Shown here piece after piece: positions 1 through 13,428 of a stretch of 32,520 nucleotides of DNA (positions are counted from its first letter, which is position 1; each line of letters starts with the position of its first letter). This DNA is from Neolecta irregularis DAH-3 (Eukaryota). The stretch is taken from positions 1 through 32,520 of the forward strand of contig LXFE01004361.1 of NCBI GenBank assembly GCA_001929475.1, read 5' to 3'. The translations under genes and the position numbers were made by a program. The notes beneath the pieces were generated by a model. That model had not been told where the DNA came from and did not search any database. It saw only the letters and a program-made list of their open reading frames with translations.

Positions 1-713
1 GGCGAGTGCCCGGGCGTCGGCGCAGGCGTCTGCAGCGGCGTCGACGCCAGCGACGGCGGCGAGTACGTCCGTGGCGACGGCGGCGAGTGTGTGGCCGGCG
101 AGGACGGCGCGGTGGAGGACGGCGAGGTGGGGCGGCTCTTTTTGCGCGGGGGCCGGAGGTCGGGGGAGTGGTCTGGGAGTTGATCTGGCTCCTGGTGCTG
201 TTCTGGCTCCGGATGCTGTTCTGGCTCCTGGTGCTGTTCTGGCTCCGGATGCTGTTCTGGCGCCTGGTGCTGTTCTGGCTCCTGATGCTGATGCTGATAC
301 TGGTTGTCTGGCTGATACTGACCATCTGAGTGATACTGACCATTGTCCAAGTGATACTGGCCCTTGTCTGGCCGGGACGCGCCCTTGTCTGGTCGATGCT
401 GGCCTTTGGCTGGCTGCTCCTGGTCCCGATCCCTCTCGAGGCGCTCCATCTCGAGGTGCCGCACGGCCACCTGCGCTAGGAGGTCGATCTCGCCGAGCAG
501 CACGGGGCGGCGCGCGGGCGGCTGGGCATGGATGCGGGCGTGGCGGGTCAGCTCGTCGGACCTGCTGAAGCGCTTGCTGCACGCGGGGAACAGGCAGCGG
601 TGCGGCTTCTCGCCCGTGTGCGTGCGGATGTGCCGTGTCTGGTGTTCCAGGCGGTGGAACGCCTTGCTGCACAGAGGACACTTGTACGGCCGCGGGGCTT
701 CGGCGTCGCGCAT
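1..713 (-). CDS. creA: Carbon catabolite repressor CreA/Mig1/Scr1 (two C2H2 zinc fingers); 3' end lies outside the window
   Basis: Manual translation from ATG 713: [62 protein letters not shown], then EIDLLAQVA and [16 protein letters not shown]...[10 protein letters not shown], all CreA hallmarks. The frame is open to base 1, so the ORF track did not list it. Confidence 0.95.
   Translation of the reverse strand, partial: MRDAEAPRPYKCPLCSKAFHRLEHQTRHIRTHTGEKPHRCLFPACSKRFSRSDELTRHARIHAQPPARRPVLLGEIDLLAQVAVRHLEMERLERDRDQEQPAKGQHRPDKGASRPDKGQYHLDNGQYHSDGQYQPDNQYQHQHQEPEQHQAPEQHPEPEQHQEPEQHPEPEQHQEPDQLPDHSPDLRPPRKKSRPTSPSSTAPSSPATHSPPSPRTYSPPSLASTPLQTPAPTPGHS
185..292. repeat. 18-bp coding minisatellite (6 units) in creA, encoding (E/A)PEQH(Q/P)
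   Basis: Units ctggctcctggtgctgtt and ctggctccggatgctgtt alternate; looser repeats continue to about 392. Confidence 0.9.
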
Positions 714-890
714 TGGAGGTTGGGCGCGAAAAAAGAAAAAAGGGTTTCACTTTGCAGTGTGGGGCAGCCTCCCCTCCCCGCGCTCGCACCAGCCACCGTG
801 GCGCATGCCTCCCGCACCACCACCACATCTTCACATGTCGGCGCCACCCCCCTGGCCCGCCTCCGAGACTGGCTTGCACTCGAGCACTAT

Positions 891-994
891 TCACTCACTC
901 ACTCATCCACTCACTACTCACTCACTACTCACTCACTCACTACTCATTCACTCACCGACCCACTCACTCACTCACATCCACTCACTCACACTCA
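891..994. repeat. Imperfect (ACTC)n/(GAGT)n microsatellite
   Basis: About 100 bp of tcactcactc... between the GDI stop and the creA start. Confidence 0.9.
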
Positions 995-1033
995 GCTAGG
1001 CATCCCATTCACTCAATCTAGCTCTACAAATCT

Positions 1034-2751
1034 CTAGGAACAAAACTGTGCTTGCTCTTCCTCAACAGTCAATCTCTTGTCCTTGGCATCCAAGGCAAGC
1101 GGGCGCCCCTCAACCCGCTCATAAATATCCCGGACATCCTCCGTAGTCGTCTCAAAGTGGCTCGTCGCATCATAGCTCTTCGACACATACACATGGTCCT
1201 TGCACCCGTCACTTATCGGCTCAAGAATGTCCTTGACTTCAATAAACCTGCAATCAGCGTCTCCCCGGCTCCCCGTCCATACTTGTCAAAGATCGCCCCA
1301 AGGAGATTCAGTCCCGCCTGGATTTCCACATGGGGGTTGTCGGTCTCTACAATCGTAGACACAATCGCAAGCCAGTGGTCTTTGGCGCACACATTATGCG
1401 CAGACGAAACACTCGCAATGTAAATGTCTACAGTCAGCCTCCGTTTCTCCATCCACCTACCATGCTGTCGACCAACCTGGTTTTGAGGAATAATAATCTG
1501 AACAGAGTCCAGACTGTCCGTGTTGGGAATAGGGTGCGTAAGAATGCAGATCGCTCGAATGACAGTTCCCACCTTTTTGACCTTGTCCGGAAAGTAGCTC
1601 GGGTCCCCAATTATCTTCTTGGCTTTGGCAACCTCATCCCCGCTTCGCACTCCAACTGCAACCCCATTCTCATAAACAACCCCGTCAATCTTCTTGTTGA
1701 GCATATAAGTACTGCCATAAATAGCAGCCAGTCTACATATTAGCAACAGCCCCTCAAAAACATACCGTGCAAAGCCTTGGGGCAACTCTCCCAATCCATA
1801 CAGAGGATAGAGGAAACATGTCTTTCCACCATAGCGTTGCACAGAATTGAGATACAGCAAGATCCGCTCATACGCTTCCTTTGCAGGCTTGTTGATGTAC
1901 GTATCATCAAGGTACAACGCCATTGCATGACCAATAAAGTCTTGAGTGCCCCTCTCAAGCCCAAACTTTTCATAGACCTTGGCCATGGAATCGACAACAA
2001 GGTTTAATCCTGCAGCGTTCAGCTTTGAATGAGGACATCTCACCTTGATGAGTCGTCGAATCCTCTGGCCTGTAGTTCCCAACAAACTCGAAAAACTTCT
2101 TCATTCGTCTCTTCTCAAACATCCCCATGAGTGGAGACCGAACAGCCTTGTGTCAGGGAATCTCACAACACACCATACCTCCATCTCCGATGCAGGTACC
2201 TTTGCAATCTTGCCGTCTCGATAAACATAACTTCCTGCAATTTGCTTGAATTCGAGGTATCTTGTAACATCCGTGTGCTGATATCAGAGACCAGTAGTCC
2301 GACTCACGTACCACGAGCATGTTTGTAAGATCTCCATTAGCCATAAGGAATTTTGGGATGAGATCAATTGCCCAATCTCGATCTCTCCCAAGAGATGCAG
2401 GGGGACCTTGATGCTTTCGAAACTTTTGAAAAATCTAGAGTTGTTAGAATTGAACGTGAATAGGAGAAAGCGCGCTGGCATCAAAGGAGCGAGAAAAAGA
2501 AGACATTGGAAACGACTTACTTGAGTTAGGTTCAAACTGGCACTGTCCCTGCCTTTCAGCAAAAAGATTTCAAGCGGAAATCGCACCCCCCGTAGTATTC
2601 ATTCTCATCCATATGCAAGACCTTCTTGCCCCCCACACTCAACAGCCCAGACAGGACACATTCAGTCAATCCTGTCCCTGCGGATGATCAGAGCCTTGAC
2701 TGAAGGACCGAATGTCCTACCAAGTACAATGATATCATATTCTTCATCCAT
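1034..2751 (-). CDS. GDI1: Rab GDP-dissociation inhibitor, 9 introns
   Basis: [61 protein letters not shown]; frame restored by GT-AG introns of 32-43 nt and one of 86 nt. Confidence 0.97.
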
Positions 2752-3008
2752 GGTGAATCGCTAGAGGGAAGAGCAGGTTGTGGAGGTTGTTCAAAGCTTA
2801 AAGGTGACCCCTGGGTTGGTCAGTCCAAAGATTATGTGGATGATCACTCGACATCCACGTGGAACAATGGAGAAATCGCTATAAATACTCTTTCCTCCGA
2901 CATGATTGTGAAATACATTTTCCCGCCAAAAGGATTTGAAAAATATCCCTACAATTTGACCTTTGGTTTCTCCAAAATAAAGTTGTCTCTCTAGAGTGCT
3001 GCTAATAC

Positions 3009-3729
3009 CTAAGCACGATCCTTCATCCCAGAATTGTTCAGTTCCTCAACCTTATCGAGCAAGCGCATTTCTTTATCTTGTTCTTCCAAATTTGGACCTC
3101 TATCAATATCTTGAGAACGATGCTTGATCCTTGAATCTCCTTCCCAAAGTTTTTCTTTGCGCAGATGCCGTGCCTCCCTCCATGCATTATGCCGTTCCGT
3201 CAAAACATGTTTTATCCTCTGCATAGTACATTTTACCTATTTTTAGCCCATATGAAAAACTTGTCTATTAAACCTTTGATTTGCGCGACCGAAGATGTTC
3301 CTCGCCGACAACAATCGCAATTCTCTTCCTTTCATGGAATTGTGAAGAGATCCTATTCAATTCCTTCAAACAAATATACCACAAATTATGCAAATCTTGA
3401 AAACTTTTCTCACGTAGTTCTGCTGCTGTCCACGGTCGTCCTTAAACATTAGACCCGTTGCGCAATCTTGATCAACCACACTGGTCGAGCCCTTGAGGCG
3501 AAATTAATGCTTTCTTATCCCAAAAAAACCCCCATAACGGGTGATCTGGATCGTCTTCTTTTTTAGGCTGTTCAAGGAACGCGGGAGTCGGTAACGGTCG
3601 ACGATTGGGGTTGAGCCCTGTTTTTCTCGATGTCCCGAGTAATAAAGATGTAGAATGCAGAAATCTTGAACGAGAAGATGCGATTTGACGTGTTATTGAA
3701 AATAAACCCAAATGAGTTAATGTCTGCAT
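3009..3729 (-). CDS. MRPL4: Mitochondrial ribosomal protein uL29m (MRPL4/MRP-L47), 2 introns
   Basis: [48 protein letters not shown]; Arg/Ser-rich presequence-like N-terminus. Confidence 0.92.
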
Positions 3730-4069
3730 TTTTATTTTATGTTCGACAAGGTTTTGAAAATTTTGTGGTTGGTGCCACAATTAAAATAACTACAACAACA
3801 ATATCCTCAACCTTTGCCCTTGCAAAAAGGTGTTGATGCTCCTCTGTATATATTGACCGACTCGTTCCAATAACACCCAATTTTGCAGATGCAAAGTGTC
3901 CCAAATTGACGGTCGGATAACATGACCTGGGCAAGAAAACCTTTGTATAGTAAACGGGAGGTCGTCACGTATTAACTTGTTGACAATCATATAAAAACAA
4001 AACTATACTGCCCAAAGCGCTGGCACTCTCTCTCTTGCATCTTATAAACATATACATATTGAATCAGTT

Positions 4070-4722
4070 CTACTTGGCCTGGCTTCGAGTCCGAGAGCTA
4101 ATTTGACCAAGGGCAGGAGTGCGACTCTTGCGTTTCGCAGAAGCCTTGGGCTGTTTCTTTAAAGTCGTCTTGGGCTCAGAGGCCTTTTTGGCAATTTGTT
4201 TCTCGCCATCCTTTGATTCCCCAGCATCTTCAACTTTTGAATCCGCTTGTTTGGCCTGCGTTTCTTTCTTGGTATTCTTTCCAGAACTATGCTTCTTGTC
4301 TGAATCATGGGTCTTTGCTTTCTTATTGTCGCCGTTGGCCTCGGCCTTGCTTTGCCGCTTTTCGCCAGTAGAGATGTCGGTTTCCTTGCTCTTCTTCTTG
4401 TCGGCATGGCGATTACCGAGCTCGACATGATCGCTTGCTCGTTTAACAGTGTCATTGCCACTGCGTTTGGCGTGAACAGCCTCAACCAATGAGACTCTAA
4501 AGCGCAGAAATAGAGCATACCGGGTTCTCCGGATCGTCGTTTTTGTGAGCAAGCTTTCCTTTCGTCTTGATATCTAGCTTTCCATGACCTTTGACTTCTG
4601 CGACAGTGCCGCTTGGTTCTCCGTTTTCCCTACAGTTCATTGGTATTTGCACGAATGATTATATGGTTTTGGTACCTGTTCCACGAAACATTATCAACTA
4701 CTGCAGGTTTCTCGTTGACCAT
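4070..4722 (-). CDS. Hva1/DUF2945 Tudor-like domain protein with Lys-rich disordered tail, 2 introns
   Basis: Spliced model MVNEKPAVVDNVSWNRENGEPSGTVAEVKGHGKLDIKTKGKLAHKNDDPENPAVHAKRSGNDTVKRASD resembles the fungal DUF2945 pattern VSW.W...PSG.VAEV...NPAVH..RSGND.VK.ASEL (recalled). Confidence 0.7.
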
Positions 4723-5760
4723 TACAAGATGAATATAGGGAGGTTGGGAAATAGGCTGGGGAAGAGGCTTTTTCTGGCGCTGTTTTCATTGCACGTCATA
4801 AGTGTCGCGTTTAGTTATATGGCACACCCATTCAGACGATTCTTGAAAGGTCTCAAACATCAACAAGCGCGTGATGCTTGAAAAGCCCACAAAGAAAAAT
4901 ATTTACAGGTCAGAAAGCGTAGCGCTTAGCCAGCTGCAACCAACCGACAAATATGAAGTAGCCACTCTGCTCATTCCCATCTGAACTTTAGCTATTCGTG
5001 AAAGGCATAATTGGATGAACAATGTAGATCATTCACTTATTGCCCCATTCTGTTGACCATCTTTCCTTTAATATCTCTGCTTGTTACAAGTTCTCTCGTT
5101 ACTCGTTACAGTCCACCTCGCCCGAGCCGTAATCTGATCAAGTCAGTTTTGTTTCTTATAATCATTGTCGATTTTTGACTAAAATTTGTATTCTTCTAAT
5201 TTAATTCATTTTGTTCATTTTTTAGCATATCATCGGTTTTTTTGGCAAGGGATTAAAAGAAGGGTAAGAATTAGTAGCAGCATGATTATTATGCTCGTTC
5301 CGTCTTATAAGTCATACAAATTCTGTTTTATAGTTATCTACAAGACTCAGCGGAGCAAAAGGTAGTACATACTGAAACACATCTTTCAGTGGCTTAGTTT
5401 GAATTGCAGATAGAGACTCCGTGTTGTAAAATTACCTGCTCTATTTATTAAGCATACTAAACATTCTTCTTGTCTTCTTAGTCGCAACCTTTTGTAAGGA
5501 GTATGACCAATCGATTGCTATTGCTGAAAGAGTAAGGAACATCCTGTGACTTGAATTATTTGGAAAATTATATGCAATTCATTATAATGATTCGAGTGAG
5601 TCATAAGAGAAAGGTAGGACGATGAGTATTATTTTCAAGAGAGCCACGAGAGTCACAGCCAGTATGCACCAATAAAAGGCTACTAGAAGAATTGAATTCA
5701 TTCATTGAGATTTAGCGGAACAGCTTATGGATCATAAAATCCTTATCTTATCAGAATGGA

Positions 5761-5843
5761 CAACAGGTGGTATATCACAGGGACTTGTGGAAAATATTTT
5801 AATTGACTGAAATATTTTTGACTCTTTCAATGCCGACAATGGT
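5761..5843 (+). pseudogene. Possible protein-kinase relic
   Basis: QQVVYHRDL, a frameshift, ENILID*, then in-frame ADNG at about the DFG position. Confidence 0.3.
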
Positions 5844-6294
5844 AGAACTATTAGTCGCCGTAGAATGGCGTGTTAGGGTAGGAATAGACTCCTTGGACGA
5901 CTGAACCGTTTTCAGAAACACGTTGCCTAAAACCCTTGCAATTTCAGCCCGGGTGCAAGTATTGAAGCCCAGATACTAGGTTGTATTGTTTCTAACCAAA
6001 GTATTAGCGACTTCCGCAGGACATACCTAGCCTAAGTATTGGGGACTGGCTAGGTATGAACCGCCATCTATATTATAACTACAATTTAATTGCCGCAATA
6101 TTAATGCAAGCCTTCCTTCTGTATTGGTAAGCGTGTACCAGCGGTATAGGCTTACACCAGGATAAAGCGTCTTTGTAACTTGGGTAGATGAATTTTTGTT
6201 GTCGAGCCACTTAATGTAACTGAAGTAAAGGAAGAATGATTCAGTAGCCCATTACTCCCACCACCAGTTTCGATAGTACATTAACTTGAACATC

Positions 6295-7340
6295 ATGGCC
6301 TCCAAAACCGGCGCTCGTCTTATGTCTTTACTCTCCCGTTTCTCGGGTAGATCTTTCTCCTCTTTTGACAAGGTCGTTCCAATGACTCAAAAAGATGAAG
6401 CAAAGGTATATCCAAGGCTTCATTTTTCATCCCTCTTATAATTTAGCTCTATCGTATTTTAACCCAAAGCTTCCGAAGCAAGCTTAATGATTTGGCTCCT
6501 TGCTATGCCGATCTGATAGATAACACAATCATAAAGCCTTTGAATGGCCAAAGATCCTATATCGATATACAACTAGAGCATATCGCCTCATCGCATAACC
6601 CCATACAAATCTTCGAAAAACTCCTCAATACAGATAGTCTCCATACCTCATTGGCTATTGCCATCATCAAGCACGACAAGATATCACTTCAGCAGTTATT
6701 ATTTATAATGGAAAATTTACGCAAATCCGGGAAATTGGACCCAGTAAAATTATCTCTCATCAAACGAATCATCGATTTCGGAGATCTGATATCTTCCGGC
6801 GAACTAGTGGACCAGAGTTTCAATTCTTTAAGGAATTCCATTGGCGGTCGTAAACTTCTTGCTTACTTCTACGCTGCGTGCGGAGAAATCAAGGAAGCCA
6901 TAAAATTATGCGTTCAGCACGAAAATTTATTCGGTATCTGCCTCAAGAAACTTTTGAAATGCGACAACACTGGTGGAATTGCACAGTTTTGTTTGGCATT
7001 CCCCGAGAAAGTGCTGGACGCTAGAGATGTTGGAGCATTACATTACCTCGCGAACCATCAGCTACCGGAAACTGCCTGGCTACTACTCCGAAATGACTTG
7101 ACAGAAGGAAGTTTTCCATTAGCTATTTTGATTCTGAAGCGCCTGGTTCAAAAAGGACAGATCAGAGCTGCGGATGAAATTCATCATTTCTTGTTTTGCC
7201 TGCGGCCGGAAGATCCACAACTCTATGAGATCAAACAAACACTTGATGAAGCTCGTCTGCTACATGGGTCTGAAACATGCGACAGTGCCATGCAACGAAT
7301 TCGACAGGCGTTGACATCGCACGAGCCACACCTTGCATAG
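6295..7340 (+). CDS. Uncharacterised ~334-aa protein, probably mitochondrial and alpha-helical, 1 intron (6406-6446)
   Basis: Exon 1 MASKTGARLMSLLSRFSGRSFSSFDK... joins the 282-aa ORF in frame through a 41-nt GT-AG intron. Confidence 0.7.
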
Positions 7341-7529
7341 CATGTATAGCAGCGAATCCATACTGGGGGCGATACATTGGGAAAAGCAGCAATTTCCCCT
7401 TCATTGGGCTACTGATTGTATACACAGCCAGTTTGGTCGTAGTGTTGCCGTATTGGATTTTGGTTAGCTTATCTCAAAAAGCTCACCACCTCAGACCAAT
7501 TTTCCCCTTCCGAATTCCCATATATCACC

Positions 7530-10112
7530 ATGCCCACCTCAGATTCAAATTCCCGGCCCCGACAGCCCAATCATAAAGCTCGCCATAATTCGCACCAATC
7601 ATATATTGCTTCAAGTGCTTCCAGTCAGCAGCATCGAAAGAATGCTGAGTCTTCATCTTTGCCAGAGGAAAAGAAAGCATACAAATCGATGCACTTTTCC
7701 CAGCTGTCTGCTCTGAAGGAAATGTTCGCCGAGTGGACTATGGAAGACCTGATCGACGCTTTACAAATGGCAGATGGAGATGAGTCGCTTGTTGTTACTC
7801 GCATTGTAGGAGGTATTCGCATTCATGAATTACGTATGGACACGTTCTAATCCACCGCTCAGGCCATACGTCCCAGTTCGAAACTGTTAGCAGTAAGAAA
7901 TCAAAGGATAAACCTAAGAAAAGTGAGTCATTCACTCAGTTTCCTTCCGGTCCATCTGGTCTAACTGCACTTCGACGACCAGGAGGTGGTCGAGGGTCGT
8001 CTTTTGTAGATCGAGGCGGTCGCGGGCGTGGAGGCATGTTTACGAATAGCGGGATCATGCTGATATCTAGGTCCCAGTCGGGGTATGCGTCGAGGTAATG
8101 ACGAATTCAGACTGTGTCAATCTGACTTACGACAGGAACCTCTCGAGGCAGGAGCAGAGATGAAGCGAATGTTAAGGTAGCTGCCACTGCTGACGGAGCT
8201 GTTGAACATCGGGGTGCTGTGAATGAAGAAACCACTTGTACGATTAATGATCTGGGCAACGAGCCGAAGACCGATAATCCTCGAAATACCACTGATGTAC
8301 TCAACGGTCAGAGAAACTTGACTGGCGATGATTCTTCTCCACTTGATAATAAGTCTTCTGGGGGATGGAGTGGAAATGCTACGAAGGCATCATCTGCCAT
8401 CGGAGATGTCAATGTGGAACGATTGACAAGGAAAGTACAACCAGGATTCAGCTGGGCATCTGTCGCTGCGTATTTTTCTCGAATTTATTATCCAATGATT
8501 AACTCCTTCAGTCCTCCCAAACCCAAACCCGTCCAAATACTCACTTCGTCTGCGCCTGTTGCCAGTTCTCTCTCGCCCTCAACCGCTTCAAACCCTCTCG
8601 TCCAACGCAATGAAACTCTCAAGGAGCACCTCTCATCTTCTGTACAAAATGATCACAATATGCTATCTACTCCTCTCACGAAGGATAACCTCGAAGCTGT
8701 AGCTCACAATTCTGCAGAACCTGGAGCGCCCGGTACCACTGTAACCTCAAACATCGGATCATCTGTATCTCAAAATCAGAAAGACCTGGCGCCTCCCGGA
8801 TTCGGTAAATCCCAAACTACTACGCGAAGACATCTCGAACCTGCAGTCGCCATGCCAAGCCCAAACGCAGCCATGCCCACCCCATCGAGCGCTGATCGTA
8901 GCAGCATTCAATTTGGCAGTCTCAACTTGGCGGGTAGGCAGGACCACCTCATGCCATCAGATGCCCAAAAGCACGAGAAGTATGCATATTTCCCGAATTG
9001 TATTGATTTGATTACAGAGAAACTTTGAAAACACAAACTCAGCCATCTCAACCAGTAGTTTCAATTCAGCAAACACTTCCCCAAGCTCATCAACCCTCCC
9101 CCGCAACCCTTAAGCAAATGCAGCAACCTCATCAAGATCAGAAGGTGCCACAGCATAGTCAACCGCAGCAGCAACAGCAACAGCAGCAGCAACAGCAGCA
9201 ACAGCAACAACAACAACAACAACAGCAGCAGCAGCAAGCTTACCGATATCCTCCTCATTCTTCTCATCTGCAAGCAAAACCTGAGCAACAATATGAGTCA
9301 TTCAGCCATACGGCTCAGTATCATCAAGGAATTCCATTCGGTCAACAACATTACATGGGTGGTTTTGGTGATCCAAGTTATTATGATCAACGATCCATGG
9401 TATCAGTCATGTATAGTGAATCCATTTCGTTTATCGTACTAGGGATACATGATGCCTGATGCCTACAGCCAGAATGGGGCACAGAATTTACCGCATGGCA
9501 GAGCCAGCGTTGGAACGGAACAATCTACTTCATCAAAATTTGCCCATGATACTAATACTGGTTTGCCCGCTGTTTCACCAAGTCCGGTCGCTCATGGCCA
9601 ACTGGCTCATCCCAGCGCACCTCAAGGTCCTTATTATAATCCATACCAATACTACGGTCAGGTTGGTTTTCTTGATAGAAATTGCCTAACCTAAGATCCC
9701 TTTTCCCTATGGATATGGATCTAGTGGCCGTGGTATGTATAGTCAGGGAACATACGGTTCGCCTCATGAGCAAGGACCAACAGCATATCCAAATCAATAT
9801 GGTAGCCAACCTCGCAGTAACAGCACCGACTTTACCCGCCATCAGAACCCCACTCAGCCTCACGCTGGTGTCCAAGATTTTATGAGTGGTGGTGCTCGTC
9901 AGCAACAGCCAGCTCCTGACGATGCTTTTGCCCCTAGTTTTGAAAAGCGTAATCAACAAGGGTATAATCAGAATGTGCATTACGGGAACACATTTGGTAC
10001 TCAGTATCCTCAACCTCAGTACGGATCTAATACATCTACTCAACAAAGTGGTTCTGCTAAACCTGCACAGAACAATAGCCAGCCTTGGGGCGGCTATGGT
10101 TCCTATGCCTAA
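7530..10112 (+). CDS. def1: Def1-like CUE-domain protein (RNAPII degradation factor), about 7 introns
   Basis: CUE-like LKEMFAEWTMEDLIDALQMADGD, RGG region, SWASVA, IQFGSLNL, polyQ and a Q/Y/G-rich C-terminus. Confidence 0.8.
9166..9237 (+). repeat. Mixed CAG/CAA tract encoding Q24
   Basis: 24 consecutive Gln codons. Confidence 0.95.
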
Positions 10113-10355
10113 TAAACTTGACGATGTCGTGGACAGTTTTAACACTTAAGTTTGAGGGGAAGAGCTTATTATAGTCGGGTTTTTTGGTCTCTGTGGTCTA
10201 TCTCTCATGGTTTTGTAAAACTTGTCGATGAAAATACTTATGTTCATCATTTATTACAATGTACTGTCCACCTGCTACGTCACTTGACTTGGGATTTCAT
10301 TCCCCACTCAAAATCAAGTTTCCCCTAAATTTTCCCAATCACTACCACGGTAGTT

Positions 10356-12277
<1,922 letters not shown>

Positions 12278-13428
12278 GTTCTTGGCTTAGTGAACAGAAG
12301 ATAAACATGAAGATGGAGTTTGGCGAAACTCGTTGAAGTAACACTATTCTAATGCAAGCCCACTGGAATTACACAGGCTGATCAATGCCACCCAATTCTT
12401 CTGTGGAACGTAGGGATAAGAATTATAAACAAGCTATCGTCTACACTGAATGGATGATAGATAGATGATAGATAGACATATATACTAAGATTCCCAAAGT
12501 CATGGAATGATGTATAAAAGCTTGCCCATGAGGAATGCATTCAATCCTTCAAATGCGATTTTCTAGAGCTTGTTGATCGCCTCAGTCGAAGCTGGTGCCT
12601 TTCTGCATAGACTACATAGAACATAGCGACGAGATCTGATTACCCACATTGAAGTTCGAGTCATTAGTGATGAACTCACACACCAAAGTATTACTTCTCA
12701 CAAAAGCATAATGAGAATAATATGTGGAATTAGCCATAGTTCATCCTGGATAAAGGTTGTGCCTCATTGATGACTATGAAAGACAGCATAGCCAAATTCA
12801 ATGGGGTCGACTCGTAAAATGGATATTTCTTGTCTGCTAGACAAGGATTCTTTCAATGTCTCTAAGGCAGAATTCCGAAGAATGAATCAGAGCCATCATA
12901 GATCACATAGCACGACCATGGTCCTAGGTCTGGAAAGCGAATGATCGGAAGAAGCTTGGCTTTCTTCCATGCCAGTCAATTCAAACGTCTTACCACTTTC
13001 CCATCATAACAAAACTCTGTTCATATACACCAATTGTAGTGAGAAATCATATTGGGATGATACAGTAGAACCTGGATATAATGAATGTGGCGTTCAGGGG
13101 TGTTGAATTTGGTATGAGGATTCGTTCTATCATGATATCACGTCCTTATACAAATTGATTTTGTAAGGCGGTTGGATTCGTTATTACGAGGAATTCCCTG
13201 TACGGAGGTTACGAACAACCAGGCTCTGTTGTGCATAGTGTGTCTCAGCTTCTGAATGTCTGCGATAGAACCATCCTTAATGTTCGGGAAAGACCGGGAT
13301 CGGGAAAGGCGGAGAAGCTCATATGCGACAAGGTTGCCATTGGCCCCTCCCAAAACCAGCTTCAACATCCATATCTCCTTGCTCTGCTGCTTTTTGCAAA
13401 TCATCAATTCAACTCCACGTCAATTACA

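Noticed and set aside
747-836. Upstream ATGs and short uORFs before creA
   Set aside because: The TSS is unknown and nothing indicates conservation.
6-1037. Several long plus-strand ORFs (Arg-rich, Leu/Trp repeat, THSL repeat)
   Set aside because: They are antisense shadows of GC-rich creA and read-through of the ACTC microsatellite.
9061-9301. Poly-Leu and poly-Ala/Val minus-strand ORFs
   Set aside because: Antisense of the polyQ tract.
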